The notes under the pieces: generated by a model
Database searches by the model: none
Told to the model about the DNA's origin: nothing
What the model saw: the letters and a program-made list of their open reading frames with translations, nothing else
Shown: positions 26,388-37,349 of the stretch, in pieces
Numbering within the stretch: position 1 is the first letter of the stretch
How the letters are laid out: every line of letters starts with the position of its first letter
Source: Planctomycetota bacterium
GTDB lineage: Bacteria > Planctomycetota > UBA1135
Reading direction: 5' to 3'
Length of the DNA: 64,000 nucleotides
Assembly (NCBI GenBank): GCA_045047305.1
Contig: JASFYO010000004.1
Span: 1 to 64,000, forward strand
Translations under genes and position numbers: made by a program

Positions 26388-27608
26388 TTAAGCAGCTCCC
26401 ATCTTCGCCTTCAATCCATCGTCAAGAGCGGAGAGAAACTCCTCGGTGGTGAGCCATGGCGCATCGGGACCGACGAGTAGAGCAAGGTCTTTGGTCATCT
26501 TGCCAGCCTCAACGGTTTCGACACACACTACTTCGGTCGCAGTGGCGAAATCGGCAAGCGCCTTGTTGCTGTCTAGTTTGGCACGATGCTGCAGTCCCCG
26601 TGTCCATGCAAAGATGCTGGCAATAGGATTGGTCGACGTTTTCCCGCCCTGCTGATGCACGCGGTAATGGCGAGTCACCGTTCCATGTGCAGCTTCTGCC
26701 TCTACGGTATTTCCGTCCGGAGTCATCAATACAGAGGTCATGAGTCCGAGTGATCCAAAGCCTTGCGCGACGGTGTCGGATTGCACATCGCCGTCGTAGT
26801 TTTTACACGCCCACACGAAACCGCCATTCCATTTGAGTGCTGCTGCAACCATGTCATCGATTAAGCGATGCTCATAGCTAATGCCGGCAGCTTCGAATTG
26901 GGTTTTGAAATCAGCGTCAAACACCTCTTGGAATAAGTCTTTGAAGCGGCCATCGTAGGCTTTGAGGATGGTGTTTTTGGTCGACAAGTAAACCGGCCAT
27001 TTACGTTGCAGGCCGAAGTTCAAACAAGCCTTTGCGAAACCGCGAATTGAATCGTCGAGGTTATACATGCCCATGGCAACTCCCGAACTTGGAAAGTCGA
27101 AGACTTCATATTCGGTCGGAGCGCCGCCATCTTCAGGCGTGAAAGTCATGGTTAACTTTCCTTTCCCTGGAACTCTAAAGTCTGTTGCGCGATATTGATC
27201 GCCAAAAGCATGACGTCCGATCACCATGGTCTGCTCCCACCCTGGCACTAAACGCGGAACGTTGGAGCAAATGATGGGTTCGCGGAAAACTGTACCGCCA
27301 AGAATGTTGCGGATGGTTCCGTTGGGCGACCGCCACATTTGCTTAAGCCCGAATTCTTCTACGCGTGCTTCATCTGGAGTGATGGTCGCACACTTAATAC
27401 CTACGCCGTACTTCAGAATCGCGTGTGCCGCATCGATGGTGATTTGATCATCGGTGTCATCGCGAGACTCTATGCCCAAGTCGTAATATTTAAAATCGAT
27501 ATCGAGATAAGGAAGGATGAGGCGCTCCTTAATGAAAGCCCAAATAATGCGAGTCATTTCATCGCCATCGAGTTCGACAACTGGATTTTCAACGCGGATT
27601 TTTTCCAT
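26388..27608 (-). CDS. icd: NADP-dependent isocitrate dehydrogenase (type II, eukaryote-like)
   Basis: [53 protein letters not shown]. Confidence 0.97.
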   Translation of the reverse strand: MEKIRVENPVVELDGDEMTRIIWAFIKERLILPYLDIDFKYYDLGIESRDDTDDQITIDAAHAILKYGVGIKCATITPDEARVEEFGLKQMWRSPNGTIRNILGGTVFREPIICSNVPRLVPGWEQTMVIGRHAFGDQYRATDFRVPGKGKLTMTFTPEDGGAPTEYEVFDFPSSGVAMGMYNLDDSIRGFAKACLNFGLQRKWPVYLSTKNTILKAYDGRFKDLFQEVFDADFKTQFEAAGISYEHRLIDDMVAAALKWNGGFVWACKNYDGDVQSDTVAQGFGSLGLMTSVLMTPDGNTVEAEAAHGTVTRHYRVHQQGGKTSTNPIASIFAWTRGLQHRAKLDSNKALADFATATEVVCVETVEAGKMTKDLALLVGPDAPWLTTEEFLSALDDGLKAKMGAA

Positions 27609-27654
27609 GTTCAGTGCAGGGGCGTACGGGGAACCGGGGCGGCTCTCCGGGTCC

Positions 27655-27669
27655 GCAATGTAACATTGC
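27655..27669. promoter_or_regulatory. Perfect palindrome GCAATGT-A-ACATTGC upstream of icd (candidate operator)
   Basis: 7-1-7 inverted repeat about 47 nt before the icd start, no U tract. Confidence 0.4.
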
Positions 27670-27688
27670 TAGAAGCTCCGCTTTATGG

Positions 27689-28798
27689 CTATGCGTCCGT
27701 GATCGGCCCGGCCTGCACTACCGCCTCATATGCAACGCGCATTTGCCTTACGTACGCCAAGAATCCAGGCAAATACTCGGGCGTCAGTGCTTGAGGTCCA
27801 TCGCATAGTGCTGTGGATGGATCTGGATGGAAATCCACCAATACCATCGAAGCGCCTGCAACCACACCCATTCCTGTCGCGTGATAGGATTCAGGCAAAC
27901 CGTCAGGGGCAAAATGGAAGCGACCGACACTATGCGATGGGTCAATGCAAACGGGCATTCTGGTTTGCGATCGCACGACCGGTACATGGGCAAAGTCCAC
28001 CAAGTTGCGGTGCGGGTCACCGAGGTGCGACTTCACCCCGCGCAAACAAAACACCATGTTGGGCTGCCCCTCAGTGGCTACGTACTCACACGCATTCAAA
28101 CTCTCTTCCAAGGTGATTCCCATGCCGCGTTTCACCAACACAGGGAGTTTGCCCTGACGCCCGACCTGTTTAAGTAGTTCGAAATTTTGCGTGTTGCGCG
28201 TTCCAATCTGAAGCATCACACCAGTTGCGTTCCCACTGGCCTCGAGTGCGAACAGGATTTCGTCGATATGACGAGCATCACACACTTCCATGGCTATAAC
28301 TTTGATGCCGTACTTGCCTGCAAGCTCAAAAACCCAAGGCAAGCAAGCGGCACCCAACCCCTGAAAGTCATAAGGACTTGTGCGCGGTTTATATGCCCCC
28401 ATACGTGTAGTGCTAAGGCCATTCTCTTGACAGAGTTTCATCATCGCCTCCACGCTTTCAAGGGTATCGACTGCGCACAAACCTGCAAAAACTAAAACTT
28501 CGCGTTCATCAAAAGAAACACCGTTATACGTAAATCCGACATCAGCTTCGCGTTGACCGTGGCGTCCGATGACGCGGTACTTGTTGGAGACACGGACTAC
28601 ACGTCGGACGCCGGGAAGAACTTGGAATGCTTTTTCGGGCACCTGCGAAGTGTCGCCTAAAAGATGAACCTCTGTAGCTGCCCCAGATACACCTTGAAAC
28701 TCATATTTTCGCGGGCTTACACCTTCATAGCGCGCCGCAACATCGAGCACAGTCTGGATGAAGTCGGGGGTGGCGTCGGAGCGGAGAGTGATGATCAT
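27689..28798 (-). CDS. aroF: DAHP synthase, type I-beta (divergent), with N-terminal regulatory domain
   Basis: AGLC, GAYKPRTSPYDFQG, QIGTRN, KRG, DPSH, HP...CDG. Confidence 0.85.
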   Translation of the reverse strand: MIITLRSDATPDFIQTVLDVAARYEGVSPRKYEFQGVSGAATEVHLLGDTSQVPEKAFQVLPGVRRVVRVSNKYRVIGRHGQREADVGFTYNGVSFDEREVLVFAGLCAVDTLESVEAMMKLCQENGLSTTRMGAYKPRTSPYDFQGLGAACLPWVFELAGKYGIKVIAMEVCDARHIDEILFALEASGNATGVMLQIGTRNTQNFELLKQVGRQGKLPVLVKRGMGITLEESLNACEYVATEGQPNMVFCLRGVKSHLGDPHRNLVDFAHVPVVRSQTRMPVCIDPSHSVGRFHFAPDGLPESYHATGMGVVAGASMVLVDFHPDPSTALCDGPQALTPEYLPGFLAYVRQMRVAYEAVVQAGPITDA

Positions 28799-29898
28799 GG
28801 GGTGTCGCCTAAATGGTCTGACTGATGACGTCGTGAAAAATTCATGATGGACTGGAAGACACCTTCCACAGCATCGGGGTCGAGGCCGTAACTTGCCGCA
28901 GTTTCACGACGTCGGATGATGAGTTCCGCTTCTCGTTTAGGGTCGCGTACACCTTTCCCAACTTCGGCTTTCGCACGTGCGGCACGCATGGAGAGTTCCG
29001 CACGACGAGCAAGGAGTTGCAGGAGCTCGGAATCGATTTCGTCGATGAGTTCGCGTGCCAAGTCCAGTTGTGGAGGGGTGGGTTCCGCAACGGCGATATG
29101 CAGGTCTTCATAACGCGCCGAAGTCCCGCCATCGCCATCCGTGCTGTCGCCCTCTCCCGCAGCTAGCGGAATCCGTAGGGCCTCATCGGTGGACAGCAGC
29201 GAGGCCAATAATTTCGCGCGCATGTCTCCTGCATAAGGATTCTCCCGATGCAAGGTTGCGAACAACTGCCCAGCATCTGCCTGCACCGAATCCAGAGTCC
29301 GACGAATTGCGCGCACCGATGGTGGTGCGTACTGGGAATCCAACAGCAAATCGGCATCGATAAACCCTTTGGCAACAAAAAATGCCAGGGCGTGAGTTGC
29401 CGCCATTTCACGATCATGGCTTTCCGGATCTAAACAACTAACTTCAAACGACAAATGCTTGAGAAAGCCTTCGATTTCCTTCACCGCATCCGGGTGCTGC
29501 AAATTAGGGCAAATCACCACCTGCAATGGACGCTCGCCGCGGGCCAAGCTCATGGGACCGAAAAGAGGGTGCGTCGCCACCCATGGAATCTCGGTGCCGA
29601 GGATTTCCTGGAGCGATGCTGCCGGACCACTCTTGACCGAACCAACATCCATCACAATTTGCCCACAATGGAATTTCGGTTTCAACTTTTGCAGAGTCGG
29701 GCGAATCTGGTGCACCGGCATGGCCAGCACCACCAAATCGCACGGCGCAATGGCTTCCTCCGCCGTGTCGGCGCGGATTCCTGCAGGAACCTCGGCCGTA
29801 GGATCATAAGCCACCACCGAGCAGCCCTTCTCCAACAGGCGCTCAGCCAAGGCGCGGCCAAAGCGCCCATAACCGAGAATGGCAACGGTGGTTATCAT
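28795..29898 (-). CDS. tyrA: Prephenate/arogenate dehydrogenase fused to C-terminal chorismate mutase (AroQ)
   Basis: GYGRFG, DVGSVK, THPLFGP, HD; C-terminal ARELIDEIDSELLQLLARRA...K...RDPKRE; start taken at ATG 29898. Confidence 0.88.
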   Translation of the reverse strand: MITTVAILGYGRFGRALAERLLEKGCSVVAYDPTAEVPAGIRADTAEEAIAPCDLVVLAMPVHQIRPTLQKLKPKFHCGQIVMDVGSVKSGPAASLQEILGTEIPWVATHPLFGPMSLARGERPLQVVICPNLQHPDAVKEIEGFLKHLSFEVSCLDPESHDREMAATHALAFFVAKGFIDADLLLDSQYAPPSVRAIRRTLDSVQADAGQLFATLHRENPYAGDMRAKLLASLLSTDEALRIPLAAGEGDSTDGDGGTSARYEDLHIAVAEPTPPQLDLARELIDEIDSELLQLLARRAELSMRAARAKAEVGKGVRDPKREAELIIRRRETAASYGLDPDAVEGVFQSIMNFSRRHQSDHLGDTP

Positions 29899-29935
29899 GC
29901 TTCTTTCCATCGGCCTATCCGCCGCATGTTGAACC

Positions 29936-30814
29936 ATGATTCAGTACCAAGGTCAGGTTTTCCGCCCACCATCTGAGGGCAACAGTCTCATTCTCCAAGC
30001 CACGCTCGGATGTAGCTGGAACAAGTGCACGTTTTGCGCGATGTACCGCGATAAGAAGTTTCGCGTTCGTAAACTTGAGGAGCTTTACAAGGAGATAGAC
30101 TGGTACTCGGAGCAATTCAGCCCTCCCAGCAAGGTTTTCCTCGCTGATGGCGACGCCCTGATGGCAAAGGCAAGTTTTCTGGCTGAGCTCCTGGACTACC
30201 TCCATGACACCTGGCCAGAAATCAAGCGGGTGAGTTGTTATGCCTCGCCGCAGGCTCTTTCGGTGCGGACGGTGGAGGAGATGCGAATTTTGAAGGAGAA
30301 GGGGCTAACCCAGTATTACCTCGGAGTGGAATCGGGTAATGACCACTGCTTGGAGGCGATGGACAAGGGGGTCGATAGCGCCGAGATGATCCGTGTGGCT
30401 AAACGCGCCAATGAAGCCGGGGTTCGCCTAAGCGTTATGATTTTGCTCGGCATGGGTGGCTTTGCGCTGAGCCGAGAGCACGCGGTCGATTCGGCAAGGG
30501 TCATCAATGCCATTCAGCCACGGTTTGTCAGCACCTTGGTGGCCACTCCGGTCGAAGGTACTCCCCTGTGGGATTCCGACCAGCGCGGGGAATTCGATCA
30601 TCTTGACCCGATTGCCCTGGCTGCGGAATTACGCGAATTCTTGGTGCATTTAGATTTAAAGGCCTCCATTTTCCGCTCCAACCATGCGAGTAATTATCTC
30701 GCTTTGGCCGGAACCTTGCCCAAGGATCAAGAGGCTTTGATTGCAACTCTCGATCGGGTACTGGCAGACCCAGAAAACGCACGCTTTCGCCCGGATTGGC
30801 TACGAGCTTTGTAA
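29936..30814 (+). CDS. Radical SAM protein
   Basis: CxxxCxxC (CSWNKCTFC), RPPSE, FLADGDAL, GVESG, FRSNHASNY. Confidence 0.88.
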   Translation: MIQYQGQVFRPPSEGNSLILQATLGCSWNKCTFCAMYRDKKFRVRKLEELYKEIDWYSEQFSPPSKVFLADGDALMAKASFLAELLDYLHDTWPEIKRVSCYASPQALSVRTVEEMRILKEKGLTQYYLGVESGNDHCLEAMDKGVDSAEMIRVAKRANEAGVRLSVMILLGMGGFALSREHAVDSARVINAIQPRFVSTLVATPVEGTPLWDSDQRGEFDHLDPIALAAELREFLVHLDLKASIFRSNHASNYLALAGTLPKDQEALIATLDRVLADPENARFRPDWLRAL

Positions 30815-30816
30815 GA

Positions 30817-31431
30817 CTAGGCTTGCGCCAATTCTCCGACCAACCAAGTCATCCATTTGCCGCGGCCTTTGGTAGCAACGATGCGGAATCCTTGGTGCTC
30901 TAATTCTTCAAGCAATTGACGCTGGGTAAATCGGTCTACCGTTGGATGATCCATCCAACGACCAAGGATTGGATGCTGCAAAAATCCAACTAAACTGTCG
31001 GACAATAACAAGCGTCCACCAGGTCGAAGAACTCGCGCGATTTCAGTCACAGCTACGCGCCAATCCTGCACATGGTGTAATACTTGTAATCCAAGCACAA
31101 CATCATATTCAGCATCTGGAGCTGGGATCTCAGTGGCACTTCCCTGCCAAATACGAGCAGGTGGCTTTTGATGAAAATAACCAGCCCGTGTCATCAATTG
31201 ACGTGTAAGCGCAACCATTTTTTCATCGGGATCGAAAGCGTGAACCGTTTTGGCTTGGAATAAATCATAGGCTGCTTCCATGCCAAATCCCCGCCCGCAG
31301 CCAATCTCAAGCAAGCGTTGACCAACACAGGAATCGGTCATTTTAAGCAGCCTCGGAATGTCCCAACGTCGAATAACTTGACGTCTTAGGCTGCCTGAGA
31401 CTAAGCGTCGCTCGAATGAATTGAGCAGCAT
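30817..31431 (-). CDS. Class I SAM-dependent methyltransferase
   Basis: LLEIGCGRG, YDVV, LHHV, RVLRPGG. Confidence 0.88.
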   Translation of the reverse strand: MLLNSFERRLVSGSLRRQVIRRWDIPRLLKMTDSCVGQRLLEIGCGRGFGMEAAYDLFQAKTVHAFDPDEKMVALTRQLMTRAGYFHQKPPARIWQGSATEIPAPDAEYDVVLGLQVLHHVQDWRVAVTEIARVLRPGGRLLLSDSLVGFLQHPILGRWMDHPTVDRFTQRQLLEELEHQGFRIVATKGRGKWMTWLVGELAQA

Positions 31432-31440
31432 CAGCCCGGC

Positions 31441-32328
31441 TTAGTAGATGATCTCTTCGTAATTCCCGGCAAACTGTCCGAGATACATGGTGCCGCAAAA
31501 CATCATCGCGATAAGAAGCAGCGCCTGAAGGACTCCCCAGCGTAGCGCCATTTTTTGCGTGCCAAGCTCTTCACCACGAGCCCAAATATGAAGAAATGCC
31601 ACCGGCAACAGCAAGGCAAAGAATGCGAATGCGCGCTCTCCACGACGATAGAGAATTATCACGGCCTTTACTTGGTAAAGCAGAACGCCAAGTAGAAGCA
31701 GCCCCATCACTGCCAAAGAAAGCGGTCCGAGGAAGGAGTCCTCTGGGTTTTCGATGCGTGTGGCATATAAGTTCAAAAGGATGGCGATCCAGGTTGCAGC
31801 GAGGAAATGCCAATAGTGGGCCAAGTTCTGAATCTTTTGAATCGAATCCCTTGCCCCTTTGCTTACGGAAGACCAAACCAGCACGCCATAGACCAGACCG
31901 CCAATGATGTGAATCGCATGCAAGGCCGTCATCAAATAGAAGTTGAATACATAGAGCGGATGGACTCCTTCACCAGTTTCCTGCCGCAGCAATTCAATCC
32001 AGTTCCACGACTGAGCAAGTAAAAAGGCAACTCCAAATGCCAGGCTTAATTTAACACCAGAAAGAGCGAGTTGAGCATCGGCCTTGGAACGAGCAGAACG
32101 GAGACCTTTCTCAATGCTTCCACTCACCCCACCCAATAACAAGGTGGTTAGCCAAATAGATAGAGGAAGCGCAGGCAGCGCTTCCCCTGTGGCTCCGGTG
32201 TCCCGAAAATACCACCCACAAAAAAGGGTGGCGATGAATAAAGCGGCGGTGGATGCGAGCAAAACCCGCAGGCCCAGACTACTGGCGCCTGCAGCCAGAG
32301 GCTCGGAGCTCCCGCCTGCGTTCGTCAT
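31441..32328 (-). CDS. Second cytochrome c oxidase subunit III-like protein with extra C-terminal TM helices
   Basis: FYLMTALHAIHIIGG and YWHF motifs, then about 100 extra hydrophobic residues. Confidence 0.75.
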   Translation of the reverse strand: MTNAGGSSEPLAAGASSLGLRVLLASTAALFIATLFCGWYFRDTGATGEALPALPLSIWLTTLLLGGVSGSIEKGLRSARSKADAQLALSGVKLSLAFGVAFLLAQSWNWIELLRQETGEGVHPLYVFNFYLMTALHAIHIIGGLVYGVLVWSSVSKGARDSIQKIQNLAHYWHFLAATWIAILLNLYATRIENPEDSFLGPLSLAVMGLLLLGVLLYQVKAVIILYRRGERAFAFFALLLPVAFLHIWARGEELGTQKMALRWGVLQALLLIAMMFCGTMYLGQFAGNYEEIIY

Positions 32329-32331
32329 GAT

Positions 32332-32748
32332 TTAGTGGTTAGATGCCTCAGGCACATGGCTCTCTTTGATTGCATGCAATTCTTGAGGCTGAGCTTTATC
32401 CAAACCAAGGGCATGAATATCGCTTGCCGACTTCGCGCGGATGTCATCTTGGTATTGCTCGGTATCCAAAGTTAGAAATGCCAGGAACAGACCTACCAAC
32501 AAAACAGAGAACAAGAAAATCATGCCGTGGAATGGCCTGTCCCACTTCAAGTGCATGAAAATGAGGCAGACCAAGCTTGCCTTCACCGTAGCAATGATCA
32601 GGGCGACGGACAGGTCCATGCCATAAAGATCAAGCTTTCCAGTGAAAACCGTAAGGGCTGTCAAGCCAACCAGGGCAAAGAATACTTTGACCAGTAAGCT
32701 CAAAGGCAACACATGGCCGAGGTGCGTATCGGAGTTTTGATCGGACAT
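32332..32748 (-). CDS. ctaF: caa3-type cytochrome c oxidase subunit IV
   Basis: IATVKASLVCLIFMHLKWD. Confidence 0.88.
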   Translation of the reverse strand: MSDQNSDTHLGHVLPLSLLVKVFFALVGLTALTVFTGKLDLYGMDLSVALIIATVKASLVCLIFMHLKWDRPFHGMIFLFSVLLVGLFLAFLTLDTEQYQDDIRAKSASDIHALGLDKAQPQELHAIKESHVPEASNH

Positions 32749-32750
32749 GA

Positions 32751-33536
32751 TCAGTTAATGAGGTAAAGAAGTGGGAAGAGGAAAATCCAGATGAGGTCAA
32801 CCAAGTGCCAATACAATGCGCCGAAATCTATCGCATTGAAATTGGTGGGGCCAAACTCTCCTTTCATGGTCCTAATTAACAGCCATATCATCAGGATCAT
32901 ACCGATTAACACATGGATTCCGTGTAAACCAGTAAGGCAAAAATACACACCAAAAAAGATGCCAAGTTTCCGACGAAACTCTGGATCAAGATCCCTTACC
33001 GCAACAGTGAACTCACCATTACGGTTGTCCCATGCAGCAGAATGATGCTTCATTTCCGCTGGAACATCGTTCGGGTCTAAACGGAAGATGGTGTTGGCAT
33101 TCCCCGACCACACGGTTCCTTCATGGAACTTGTGCTCATACTCCATTTTCTTAATCGTCATAAACCCTCCTGCGCAAAGCAGGGTGATGACCAAATTCAT
33201 CTTGAGCAGCCCGAGTTGCCCGAGCATGGCGTTACGCACCCCCCAAGCAATGGTGAAGGAGCTCAACAGAAGCACGATCGTATTGAGCGCGCCCATATTG
33301 GTATTAAGAAACTGGGAAGCGTACTGGAAAACCTCTGGGTAGCTCGATCGGTAAATCGCATACGCCACGAACAAAGCACTGAAAAACATAACCTCGGTTA
33401 AAAGGAATGTCCATATGCCAAGTTTGCCGGCGTCGAACTGTTGTTCGAGGCTTTCGAAGTGGTGCGCAAGATGCTTTGGATGATCGTGGCCGTGGCCGTG
33501 ATCATCGCCGTGCGCTGCAGTAGTGGTAGTACTCAT
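32751..33536 (-). CDS. ctaE: Cytochrome c oxidase subunit III
   Basis: GIWTFLLTEVMFF, NTIVLLLSS, LTGLHGIHV, LYWHLVDLIWIFLFPLLY. Confidence 0.93.
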   Translation of the reverse strand: MSTTTTAAHGDDHGHGHDHPKHLAHHFESLEQQFDAGKLGIWTFLLTEVMFFSALFVAYAIYRSSYPEVFQYASQFLNTNMGALNTIVLLLSSFTIAWGVRNAMLGQLGLLKMNLVITLLCAGGFMTIKKMEYEHKFHEGTVWSGNANTIFRLDPNDVPAEMKHHSAAWDNRNGEFTVAVRDLDPEFRRKLGIFFGVYFCLTGLHGIHVLIGMILMIWLLIRTMKGEFGPTNFNAIDFGALYWHLVDLIWIFLFPLLYLIN

Positions 33537-33543
33537 GGATTCA

Positions 33544-35250
33544 CTATGCGGTTGGCTTCACGTCTGCGACGCAAGGGGCATCGGCGCGAGGATTGACTGG
33601 CAGGAATCCTTCTTCCTCACCTTTCCACTCCACCAATTTCATGTCGTATGGATCCCCCACAACAGGTGGATCGATTTCAAAGTTGTGCTCCGGAGGAGGT
33701 GACGGTGTTTGCCACTCGAGAGTGACACCACCCCAAGGATTCGCTGGTGACTTTTTACCCTTCTTCAATGACCACAGCAAAGTGCCGAGAGCAATGAACA
33801 AGCCTGTCATCAAGACCATGGCTCCGAGAGTCGAAGCTTCGTTGTATCCATCGAAGCCTGCACTTTCACCATAGCCAGCGTAGCGACGGGGCATTCCTTT
33901 GGCGCCGCCAATGAACTGTGGCATGAAGGTCATATTGAAGCCTACGAAGGTCAACAAACATCCAATCTTCGACATCATGTTGTCGACCACCACACCATAC
34001 ATTTTTGGCCACCAGTAGAAGATTCCACCGAGGAAACCAAACAAAGCGGAACCCACCATCACGTAGTGAAAGTGCGCAACTACAAAGTAAGTGTCATGGA
34101 AGTAAACATCGGTGCCAAGAGTGGCGAGAAACAGGCCGGTAAGGCCACCGATTCCAAACAGCCAAATGATCGACATGCCGTAAAGCATTGGCGTCGAAAA
34201 CGCAACCGACCCCTTGTACATCGTGGCAATCCAGTTAAACACCTTAATCGCAGACGGAATGGCCACCGAAAAGGTGAGTGCTGAGAAGATAACCGCCATC
34301 AACTCCGATTGACCGGAAACGAACATGTGGTGACCCCAAACGATAAAGGAGAAGATTGCAATCGCGATAGATGAAAGTGCAATCGACCTGTATCCGAAAA
34401 TTGGCTTACGGCTGAAGGTTGCGAACAGCTCAGACATCACACCCATGCCAGGGAGAATCATGATGTACACGGCCGGATGGCTATAGAACCAGAACAAGTG
34501 CTGGAAGAATACTGGGTCGCCACCGAGCTCCGGGGTGAAGATTCCAATATGCATGGTCTTCTCAACCAAAATCAGCAACAGAGAGATACCAATCACTGGA
34601 GTAGCCAGAATCTGAATCAATGCGGTTGCGTAAATCGCCCACAAGAACAGAGGCATCTTGAACCAGGTCATCTCCGGCGGACGCATCTTGTGAATGGTCA
34701 CGATGAAGTTGAGGCCAGTAAAGATGGAGCTAAATCCCAGAATGAAAGCTCCAAGCACTGCGGTGATGACCGAGTTGTCCGTATGACCAGTGGAATATGG
34801 CGGGTAAAAGGTCCAGCCAGTATCTAAGTTGCCGATGAACAAAGTCGTGACAAACAAGATCGCACCGATAATCCACAAGTGGTAACTAAATCGGTTTAGC
34901 TTAGGGAAGGCCACATCTTTTGTGCCGAGCATCATGGGAACCACAAAGTTTCCAAGTGCCGCGGGGATCGATGGAATGATGACGAGGAAGATCATCACCG
35001 CCCCGTGAACTGTAAATGCGTTGTTGTACGCATTCATTTGTTCCGCGGTTTGCGAAGCGAAATCGATGTCACCACTGAGCGTGAGGCGAATCTTCATGGC
35101 GAAGAATCCCCCAAGCATGAAGCAACCGATTACGGACCATAGGTACATTAGCCCTAGGCGCTTGTGGTCGATGGTCCAAAACCACGACATGAACCCTTTG
35201 GTGGCGTTCAGGTAGTTCGTACGATCCAGTGTATTGGTAGAAGGCGTCAT
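33544..35250 (-). CDS. ctaD: Cytochrome c oxidase subunit I, A2 family
   Basis: [21 protein letters not shown] (A2 YS motif), [22 protein letters not shown]-channel Lys in SAIKV. Confidence 0.97.
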   Translation of the reverse strand: MTPSTNTLDRTNYLNATKGFMSWFWTIDHKRLGLMYLWSVIGCFMLGGFFAMKIRLTLSGDIDFASQTAEQMNAYNNAFTVHGAVMIFLVIIPSIPAALGNFVVPMMLGTKDVAFPKLNRFSYHLWIIGAILFVTTLFIGNLDTGWTFYPPYSTGHTDNSVITAVLGAFILGFSSIFTGLNFIVTIHKMRPPEMTWFKMPLFLWAIYATALIQILATPVIGISLLLILVEKTMHIGIFTPELGGDPVFFQHLFWFYSHPAVYIMILPGMGVMSELFATFSRKPIFGYRSIALSSIAIAIFSFIVWGHHMFVSGQSELMAVIFSALTFSVAIPSAIKVFNWIATMYKGSVAFSTPMLYGMSIIWLFGIGGLTGLFLATLGTDVYFHDTYFVVAHFHYVMVGSALFGFLGGIFYWWPKMYGVVVDNMMSKIGCLLTFVGFNMTFMPQFIGGAKGMPRRYAGYGESAGFDGYNEASTLGAMVLMTGLFIALGTLLWSLKKGKKSPANPWGGVTLEWQTPSPPPEHNFEIDPPVVGDPYDMKLVEWKGEEEGFLPVNPRADAPCVADVKPTA

Positions 35251-35258
35251 GGGTTTGC

Positions 35259-36269
35259 CTAGTTCTTCAGCGACTTGATGTAAGCGATGAGGAAACTTAT
35301 CTCATCGTCGGTGAGTTGTCCTGCGAAGGAGTTCATACTCACACCTTCAAATCCAGAAACAATTTTGGCGTTGGGGTCCAGTAAGGATTCCCGAATGTAG
35401 TTGTCATCGACAGTGACAGAAGTGCCATCCGCCAAGGATTCCACCGTTCCGTACTTGCCATTCAATGCTGGTCCAACCTTGGCACTTCCATTTGTGGTGT
35501 GACATGCTTGACAGTTACGGTCAAACAGAATCTTTCCTGCTTCGCTTGGGGGCAATGTTGCCAGGTCTACTTTTTGACTCTCCAACCAAGCTGCGAAATC
35601 CTCTTCGGTCTTCACTACAACTTTGGCAAGCATGCGGGAGTGACGAGTGCCGCAATACTCTGCGCAATAGATTGGGAACTCGCCGAGTTCAGTAGCCTCA
35701 AACCAAAGGTAGGTATAGCGACCAGGGACGACATCCATCTTCACGCGGAAGTTTGGAATGAACAAGGAGTGAAGTACGTCGGCTGACTCCAAGCGCATAC
35801 TGACCGTACGGCCGAGCGGAACGACTAAACCTTCTCCGCCATCATGCATGTCAATGTTGCCACCGAAAGACTCCACGCGTTCCGGATAAACGAACTTCCA
35901 ATCCCACTTCTTGGCCTTTGCCTGAATTTCGTAAGCATTGGCAGGAACCCGACGCACCTGTACATAATCCTGGAATCCGTACCAAAACATGGCGACCATG
36001 AAAAGGGATGGAATCACAGACCACACAATCTCGATGCTAGTCGAGTGATGCGGGGAATCCTCGGGGTTCAACCCCACCTTTCCACGACGGTATTTCACTG
36101 CAAAGATTACCGTTGCTAAAACAATGGCAATAAACGCAAACAGCGAAACGTAGAAGATGAAGTAGTAAAGTTCATCCACCATGCTTGCGCCGCGCGCAGC
36201 TTGGGAGGGGAACCAGAAATCCTCTTGCGTATGCTGAAGGAGTGTAGGAAGTAAGGCAACGGGAATCAT
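35259..36269 (-). CDS. ctaC: Cytochrome c oxidase subunit II with C-terminal cytochrome c (caa3-type)
   Basis: DVLHS, Cu[13 protein letters not shown], heme CQACH. Confidence 0.95.
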   Translation of the reverse strand: MIPVALLPTLLQHTQEDFWFPSQAARGASMVDELYYFIFYVSLFAFIAIVLATVIFAVKYRRGKVGLNPEDSPHHSTSIEIVWSVIPSLFMVAMFWYGFQDYVQVRRVPANAYEIQAKAKKWDWKFVYPERVESFGGNIDMHDGGEGLVVPLGRTVSMRLESADVLHSLFIPNFRVKMDVVPGRYTYLWFEATELGEFPIYCAEYCGTRHSRMLAKVVVKTEEDFAAWLESQKVDLATLPPSEAGKILFDRNCQACHTTNGSAKVGPALNGKYGTVESLADGTSVTVDDNYIRESLLDPNAKIVSGFEGVSMNSFAGQLTDDEISFLIAYIKSLKN

Positions 36270-37099
36270 GCCGCTGTGTTCTTTCGGACTTTGCGTTCGA
36301 GCAAGATGAGTTTGCCAACGAACGCGAAAAGGATCACGGCGACCAAAGTCATCACGATCTTAGTTATCTTCCATGCGTCTCCCACGAAAGTGCCAGATGC
36401 TGCGTCGTATAGAAAACAACGCAAAATCAGAGCATCAACGGTCGAAACGTATTTGGAGGAAGCAGTTTCTGCAAGCGAAAGTCGCAGAGTCGAAGGCAAG
36501 TATTCAATACCATAAAGGTACCGAGCGACCTTGCCTTGCGGGTCGAGGAGAGTAAGTACAGCAGTATGCGCGTACTGACCTTTATCCTCGAAGGAGTTGT
36601 AATGAAAGCCGATGATGTCGGCGAGCCGGCGGATATCTTCGTTCTTGCCACGGAGGAAGGACCAGCCTTCTTCCACTTGAGGACGATCGTATCCAGACAA
36701 TGTTTTACTGCGGAAGCCTGCGGCTAAGTCATCGGACTCGGTTGGGTCCAAACTAACCGTAATTACACGGAACTGCTCGCCTACCGACCATTGGTCCATC
36801 TGGTTCAGAGTGTTCACAAAGCCGCTCAACTGCAAACCGCAAAGTTGCGGACAATTGGCATAGTTCATGGTAAGCACAGTTGGGCGCTCGCCATCAAACA
36901 AATCGCCAAGGCGAACCGTTTCGCCCTTAGAGTTGCGGAACTCCATGTCCAGCGGCACTTGCGCACCAAGCTGTTCCTCGACTCCCACACCTTCCATATC
37001 CTTGCTTTGCCTATCGGCAACTTGCGCGGACAACGGTGCCCCTATTCCTAACGCCAAAGCGACAAGAATACCGAGGGCCGGGTAACGGGAGGTTTTCAT
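36266..37099 (-). CDS. SCO1/SenC family copper chaperone
   Basis: CPQLC (CxxxC), YAH, RYLYG. Confidence 0.9.
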   Translation of the reverse strand: MKTSRYPALGILVALALGIGAPLSAQVADRQSKDMEGVGVEEQLGAQVPLDMEFRNSKGETVRLGDLFDGERPTVLTMNYANCPQLCGLQLSGFVNTLNQMDQWSVGEQFRVITVSLDPTESDDLAAGFRSKTLSGYDRPQVEEGWSFLRGKNEDIRRLADIIGFHYNSFEDKGQYAHTAVLTLLDPQGKVARYLYGIEYLPSTLRLSLAETASSKYVSTVDALILRCFLYDAASGTFVGDAWKITKIVMTLVAVILFAFVGKLILLERKVRKNTAA

Positions 37100-37106
37100 T
37101 TAAAGG

Positions 37107-37349
37107 CTAGCGCGCGTAACGCTTCAGGATGGTTGCGCGTGCCGTTTCAGTGTCCGCAACTTCCTCTGCCGAAGCTGCGTCAGCCTGTTCCACAACCGTG
37201 GCAGCCAGCTTGCGTTCAGAAACAAGTTCCGTATTGTGAAAGAAATCTAGGCCGGTGACGGCGTAAGAGATTGCGATGGTGAGAATGGTTCCAATCAGTC
37301 CAATCCGGACCAAGTGGCCTACGTCGATGTCGTCGTGCTGGGTAGCCAT
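37107..37349 (-). CDS. Small single-TM protein in the act/cta operon (ActG-position)
   Basis: One hydrophobic helix; start overlaps the actF stop; sits between actF and sco. Confidence 0.55.
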   Translation of the reverse strand: MATQHDDIDVGHLVRIGLIGTILTIAISYAVTGLDFFHNTELVSERKLAATVVEQADAASAEEVADTETARATILKRYAR

